NCBI GenBank assembly: GCA_030141605.1
Contig: JAQGDQ010000020.1
Span: 620,001 to 684,000 of the forward strand
Source of the DNA: Tubiluchus corallicola
Lineage: Eukaryota > Animalia > Priapulida
Direction: 5' to 3'
Length of the DNA stretch: 64,000 nucleotides
Under the pieces are notes generated by a model. That model was given only the letters and a program-made list of their open reading frames with translations, had not been told where the DNA came from and did not search any database. Positions 22,864 to 64,000 of the stretch are shown here, in pieces (the stretch's first letter is position 1; each line of letters begins with the position of its first letter). A program made the translations under genes and the position numbers.

Positions 22864-23830
22864 CTCACTGACAGCATTCTTGTGCCACTCGTAAAAGACA
22901 AAAACGGCAAGCTAACAGATGTGAACAACTGCCACCCTGTCAAGTATCTCAAGCAAACTCTTGGAATCCCTTCTGTTGTGCCGTTACTATGGTAAACTTG
23001 CTACTATAGATGCCTATTCAGTTACAAAAAAAACACGACACGGACATGTGCATCTATATGCTTAAAAGAACGGGAAATGGCTGCAGAAAAGGAATAACGC
23101 TTACGTAGGCTGCATAAACGTGTGCATTGAAAACAATATAAACCGATTTTACCTATTCCGCATGTGGAAGACGCATCCGCATCTGCATGCTAGTTAATCG
23201 ACTTTATGTAGCACGCGAATGCGGATGCGTTTTCCATATCGTTGCATCGTTACTATTTGTGAATTAACAAAAGCGGTGAGAGAAAAATACAATCTAAATT
23301 TATGTAATGTTTTGGAGTTTCGTTCAACCCTTCAACTTGCGGAAAATTTTTAAGCGATATTCTTAATTTGTTTCTGTAAGTGTGTTTCTGTAACAGATAA
23401 GTTAGCTAAAAATTTTCACTAAATTGTTATCTGGTTATTAATACCTTTTTCGATGTTATGTTAAAAAAATTTACTGCCATTGCTGTGTATTTTGCACTCT
23501 ACTTTAGCAATATTTGTAAACTAATATTTGTTTCGTTTGTAATATTGCGCGTTACACGTATCATTACACGCATTGCACGTTACACGTATTGTAAATGTAC
23601 ATGTAATCTTGTTGATCTTAATGTCAATAAAAATACTACTATTACGTTTGTTATTCTACTGATACACAACATATGATACTCATCACATGCGTGTAAGATG
23701 GGCGGATATTATTTCTGAATCTTTGTAGTTACTGTATGCTGTCACCCAAACTTTTTAATACGTATTTTTATGATTTAAGTGTGCAACTTATTAATGCTAA
23801 ACTTAGTTGTTTTAAATTTTAACAGTGCTT
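22864..23830 (+). mobile_element. Old degenerate LINE, 3' continuation (RT N-terminal remnants), with an unrelated insertion at ~23100-23680
   Basis: DSILVPLVKDKNGKLTDVNNCHPV (cf. IVPIxK...NYRPI), MRVRWADIISESF (~23687-23725) and LFNTYFYDLS (~23750-23780). Confidence 0.5.
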
Positions 23831-24199
23831 GTATTTTCTTAATTAAAATGGATCACTACTGGACATATAAGCTATATACAGGCACTTTTTGTATTTTGCC
23901 ATTTTTTATTCTGTAAATCATTTTATTGTGGTAGCATTTTATGCATGTATGATGCGTATATGTATGTATTATACATACGTATTGTGGTTTATATTGTACG
24001 TCTGTTCTGATATGGATTTTTGCCCGAAAAAAAGATAATCTTATCTTTATGTACCTTATCTTGTAGCGCCCCTTAATAACTCAAGTTCTTGTAATCTGTT
24101 TTGTTTATGCAGTAATCAAAGGACTTGTCTTTTAGCTGCTTACTGATTACTGGTTTCGAGTGAAGGTATGCTTTGTCATCATCGTTGGCATCACAGTCT

Positions 24200-24264
<65 letters not shown>

Positions 24265-24340
24265 CATCACCATCACCACCACCACCATCATCATCGTCGT
24301 CGTCGTCGTCATCATCATTATCATCATCATCATCATAATC
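24200..24340 (+). repeat. (CAT)n compound microsatellite
   Basis: cat/cac/cgt triplet runs; this explains the poly-H/M/I ORFs. Confidence 0.95.
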
Positions 24341-25253
24341 ATTGTAAGCCGAACCTTAAATAAATTTACAATGCAATAATGCAATACAGGCAATTTAGTG
24401 GTGCTAGTGCTATTACGTATCTAATGTTTATCTAATATTTATTTTAAAGCCAACGTTTTTTACTTTTCTTTTATTACAATTATAATAACAATGATAGTCA
24501 TAGTAAATACTGTAAATACTAATGTTTTAGTTAATTATAAAAAATCATATAAGTTAAACCCAAAAGACAGAACAGATAAAATATAATTTTTCCTTCGTGA
24601 AGAAATTCTACGCAGCAGTCAAAAAATAACGATAATTTAATGATGTAATTGCATCCATGAACTATACGAAGCAAATATACTAAATTCTTTCAACTGTACA
24701 CTAAAAATTATAACTTGATGTACAAAATTAATGCGTCCTTTGTTCACAATATGACATTCAGGCATAATATTTACAAATTATTCATAATTAAAGTACAAAA
24801 TTATAATAATATTAACTTAAAAGATAAACAAACTTTGACAAATACTTTGATCTGCCTTTGTTAGCACCGAACTGACTTCTAAATTTTATTAATAAATTTA
24901 CAAACAAGTTGAGTATGTAACAACGAACGTATAGTACAACATTATTTACAATAAAATTACAAACAAATACAATTACTTAATCTTAATATGTACGAAACAT
25001 TACTTTCTTCTCATCTATAGGCTTATAAACTAATGACAAGATCAATTTAGAAAATTTATACTTATCAAGTACTTCAACCGACACAAACGTTTTATGAAAC
25101 ACCTATGACACATAGCGCAAAAGTCAAGCAAAGCCAATTTGCTTTGGAAATTGAAAACCGCCTCAAGCATGAATTACATTTATACAAACGAGACATCTAC
25201 CTGTTCGTAAACTTGTTGCTGCAAATGATTTAATTAGTATAATACCTAGTACG

Positions 25254-60154
<34,901 letters not shown>

Positions 60155-63100
60155 AAGACTGTTTTGGCCAGCAAACAAACGACTTGACAGAGCTGTTTTT
60201 ACTTCTTCATATTGAGAATGTAATTAATAAACCATCACAGAACACCACCTTTTCCCAGTCCATACATAAACGTTTAAGCGAAAGCGTTGTTTTCTATTTT
60301 TAGGTTTGTTCATTGTTCATTCACAGTAGAAGCCCCGTCCATCTCTAATGCGCTGCTTTGGGCATCGATTGAGAACTAAATTGTTAAGCTTGCCACGAGA
60401 AACCTTCTCAGGTTTATTTTATTCAATTGTCTGCGCTCAGTTGTAAGCACACTGAATCGTCAAACAGATGCGTACTTACGAAGTTTGGTTTCACTGGAAA
60501 GAAATCTTCAAAGTGCGTCAGAAATGCCACTGCAGGAGTTAGGTGCACTAATTTGAATCAATTGTCGCTAATGACAATACTGTAATAGCATGTGTGAAGT
60601 ATGTTATAATTAGACTTCGTTTATTCATTTATCATGTGTCAAAGTGCTTACAAATGACGTGCTACTTACATTTCACGAAATTGTAGTCTAAAACGATGTC
60701 AAAATAAGGACAGCCTTTATGATAACATATTACGAAATGTATTATTCACCTTTAAACAGTCACTATAGCTTAAAAATTCCAGGCTCGTAATTTGCAAATC
60801 AAACCTACATATATTTGCCTCCGTGTTTGCAGAAATGCAGTGCTCAAATGACTATTATACGAGCGTTTTCACACATTTTGCGGAAATTAAATTCCGCACT
60901 GCACACAATCAACTTCCTGGCGTTCTCGAACGCAGTGTAAAGTTGTTTGGTTTCTATCTTGGCTTCTTGTTCCCCCCAGTAGTCAACACAGGCATTGATG
61001 CATTGATTCCTCCTGTGGTATGTCATCAGCGTCGAAAAACTCCAAAGAGCAATGTCAACACAACGTGAAACAAAGAAACCACAGACTAGACCAACTAGAG
61101 CAATGGTCTATGTGTAAGCAAACACATGTTGACATACGCGCACGCAAAATTCTTCGATCGCAAATGACTTGATTATGACAACATTGAAAACCACACTCTT
61201 TCATCGTTTAAGTTAAGCCTCTGTCAGATATTAGCTAATATTTGATTAATAATCTTTAATTAACCGGCACTGTCACGCATAGTAATGCACAGTGAGCCCA
61301 GTGCAGTAATCCGAGGGAAACTTTTCTGTCGAAGTTCACTAGAAATGTAGTATAGATTAGGAATTGTACTCAACGCAAAGGCTACTGTGGACGGTATCGT
61401 GCTACGCATATTGATAGAGATAACACTGCACAATCAAATTATGTGTCCGTCTAAATGGCTCTACCGTTTAAATAATGACTCTTTAATAGACATGGAGCAT
61501 TACAATGTACGAATGAAGGCCTCTGCTTCTTTTGGAAAAGAATATCAGCTCCAAAGCGTAACATAATTATACCACAATATAAGATTCATTTTTCAACTGA
61601 GGATTCTCCGAGAATAACCACTGTTACCCCAAATAAAAAGAAAGCGCCTGTACATGTACATCAGGCAAACGAAATCACTCAGGTTGAGTAATTTTATTAT
61701 TTTTATTTCTATCATTATTTGAAAATCCTTGACATTGAATAGGCAATTTACAAGATAGACATCTTACAAGGGTTACTCAAACTGAACAGCTAGCTTACTT
61801 ATAAGACAAAATAACAGTTTGTTTTCTGTTTTGTAATGAAGGTTAGGCAACAATGAACCACACCAGTAAATGGATGCATGAAAGCCAAAAAACTTGCTTC
61901 TGAATGACTTCAACTGCCTATTGCGTCATTGACGTAGGATGTACCCGCATCCGAACGTGATTCAAATTCATCTACTGGTTCAATGTCTCACCTTAGGGGA
62001 TGATCCTTGATAGTGATCCAAATCCCAGCCCAGTCACAGCCATCTACATTAAGTAAGGATTGAGTTGGATCCCTGTCCCGCTCCTAACGAACTGAGCAAA
62101 ATACTACCCACCGACTCTCAGTTACCAGTTACTGAAGAAACCAGTTATTATAATGTTGGGCATCAGTTTACTGAGTTTGTGTAAGAAAATTATTGTTATT
62201 TCATCGTTGAATTTAACTAAACATCCAGATTTTTTATATAAAACTTTTGCTGTAAAGGCAAGCAATACAAGTCAGATACAAGTAAGGTCCGTTACTAATC
62301 TGTTAAGCTACCTTTTAATCCCATTATAGGCCACTTCGTTTAAATATGCTTTCTTAATCTCATTAATGGCACTATAAGACAAATTTTCTGGAGCAACAAC
62401 AAGAACATATATCAGAGAATTAAACAAACAAACAATTAAACAAAACCCGCAACTTTACTGAATAACGCTGATACAGTTTCTTCGGATACAGTAAATACAA
62501 CACGATTTGCGAAAGATCAAGTTCGACTCGATTTATTGTAGCCGGTGACTCACTGAATTCAAGACGGCAGGTCAAAAATTTCATGGGTCAACCCGGACTT
62601 TCTTCTAACATATTCGCATAAAGTCTCATGACGATCCGTCGCGAACTAGCGGAGCCTTATGCTTTTTTCGAAAATGATGTTATTTGCCGACATCTTGAAT
62701 TCAAAATGGCGGATCAAAAATCCGACTTCGTCAATCGACGCAAAATTCGTTGACATATATCCACGTGAAGTATTTTAAGTGAAATGCCATTTTTTCACAC
62801 TCGTACATTGGAATGGTTCCATCCATTAGGGAGCCATTGTATACTGGCATCTACAAGTAGGCAGGGAGGCAACAGTTCCGTGCTCGATTCACTGGTGCAT
62901 TTCCACTGGCAAGGAAGATGCTAGAAGAACATTCTGACACTTTTTAAGTCTATTATTCTGCATGTTCCTGACAATTTCTCAACTCCATCGCCGACAATTC
63001 ACTGGTGGCCAGTACGGAGGGTTGCAGTTCAAAGATTTTCCCACAAATCTGGTCCTGCAGTCTTACCACGATATTCTGACGTTCAGTATTTCAGTACGGC

Positions 63101-64000
63101 ACCGTTGAGTCTGCGCTAAAGATTTTTTCGTCTTCAGAGTTAAGAGTTTTAGCTACTTCGCAACAGGTACCTGCTTTTACTAGAGATACACTGAATGTTG
63201 CTCAAAAACGCCGAACAAAGTTTGTTCGAAGTGCGGGCAAACCTCAACTGCTGTATGAAAACCATGTAGCACATCATGTGGTTTCCTGGATACCGCATTT
63301 TTCTACATCTACCGACAAGTTTTCTTTATCTGCAGCCGAGGATACTGCAGATACTGTTAGACCTTCGAGCCAAAGACACAAAATTATTTCTCTCACCTTA
63401 TTACATGCGAAAGTAAACTACTCTTCAATTTTGGTACTTGAACTTGTAATCGGAAAATCCCTAATTCAAGTACAGTTTCAGTCTCGAATTTTCACACTTT
63501 TTCTTTCTTGCTTAGTTTCAAAAATTTTGTAAGCATGTGGGTTTATCCCGACACACAAACATATTAATAACAATTTAAAACCTACAGAGTGCATCTATAT
63601 AAGTATATAGCTTATCTCTTGGGTAGACGTTCGCACAAAGCTGCCAGTGACTAATAGATGAAAACTTATTTCGAATGTTCCTTATGCACATTAAGTTTTA
63701 TATTCTTGGAATCGCTTTGTCTCAAGTGAGTGATAAATGCCGCCTCTGCATCATTTCCATTCAAAACTCGCTGTAGTGTTGACCGAAAACGGCGTTCAGA
63801 CAATTTCTAGATCAATTTTCGTTTGGCATCGACTGTCGTACACTTATATTTCTGGAAAACATTTAGCGGATCGAGTTGGCGGCGACACTGCCAGATATCT
63901 TTTTGTCATATTAGACTTATTGGTTTAGACAGATCGAAACCTAATAACCAAGATGATTGCCGCTATTTCCAAATAGTTGTTTCTGCGGTCAAAATTTTAA

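Noticed and set aside
24073-24393. Poly-M/H/I ORFs (also 35312-35607, 42066-42520, 51021-51362, 52269-52761, 55715-56392, 30150-30359)
   Set aside because: Translations of microsatellites; no coding signal.
62520-63400. GC-richer segment with two aattcaa(g/a)a(c/t)ggc..tcaaaaat repeats; possible transposon remnant or gene
   Set aside because: No convincing ORF, splice pattern, TIR or TSD could be established.

Overview
AT-rich animal genomic DNA with GT-AG spliceosomal introns and no prokaryotic features. It looks like an invertebrate, plausibly a tunicate, but that is inference only. Main content: (1) a cluster of three paralogous, intron-containing genes (673-3107 +, 3741-5211 -, 10904-16595 -) for secreted proteins. 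They share a ~170-aa cysteine-free Tyr/Asp/Arg-rich domain that I do not recognise, plus two conserved intron positions; this is the best candidate for an undescribed system. (2) A ~35-kb, 16-exon minus-strand gene (25254-60154) for a GDNF-receptor-like (GFRA/Gfrl-type) surface protein with four GDNF/GAS1 domains, mucin/Ser-Gly stalks, a RECK-like C-terminal region and a probable GPI signal. (3) An intronless IQCG/DRC9 gene nested antisense in one of its introns, preceded by an RFX X-box and a forkhead site. (4) A nest of four mobile elements at ~17.4-23.8 kb (old LINE > hAT-type non-autonomous element > RTE fragment + RT-deleted LOA/R1-type LINE), a foldback-like repeat, several MITEs, degenerate LINE pieces and many microsatellites. 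All gene models were assembled by hand from splice signals and reading-frame continuity; no database search was run.
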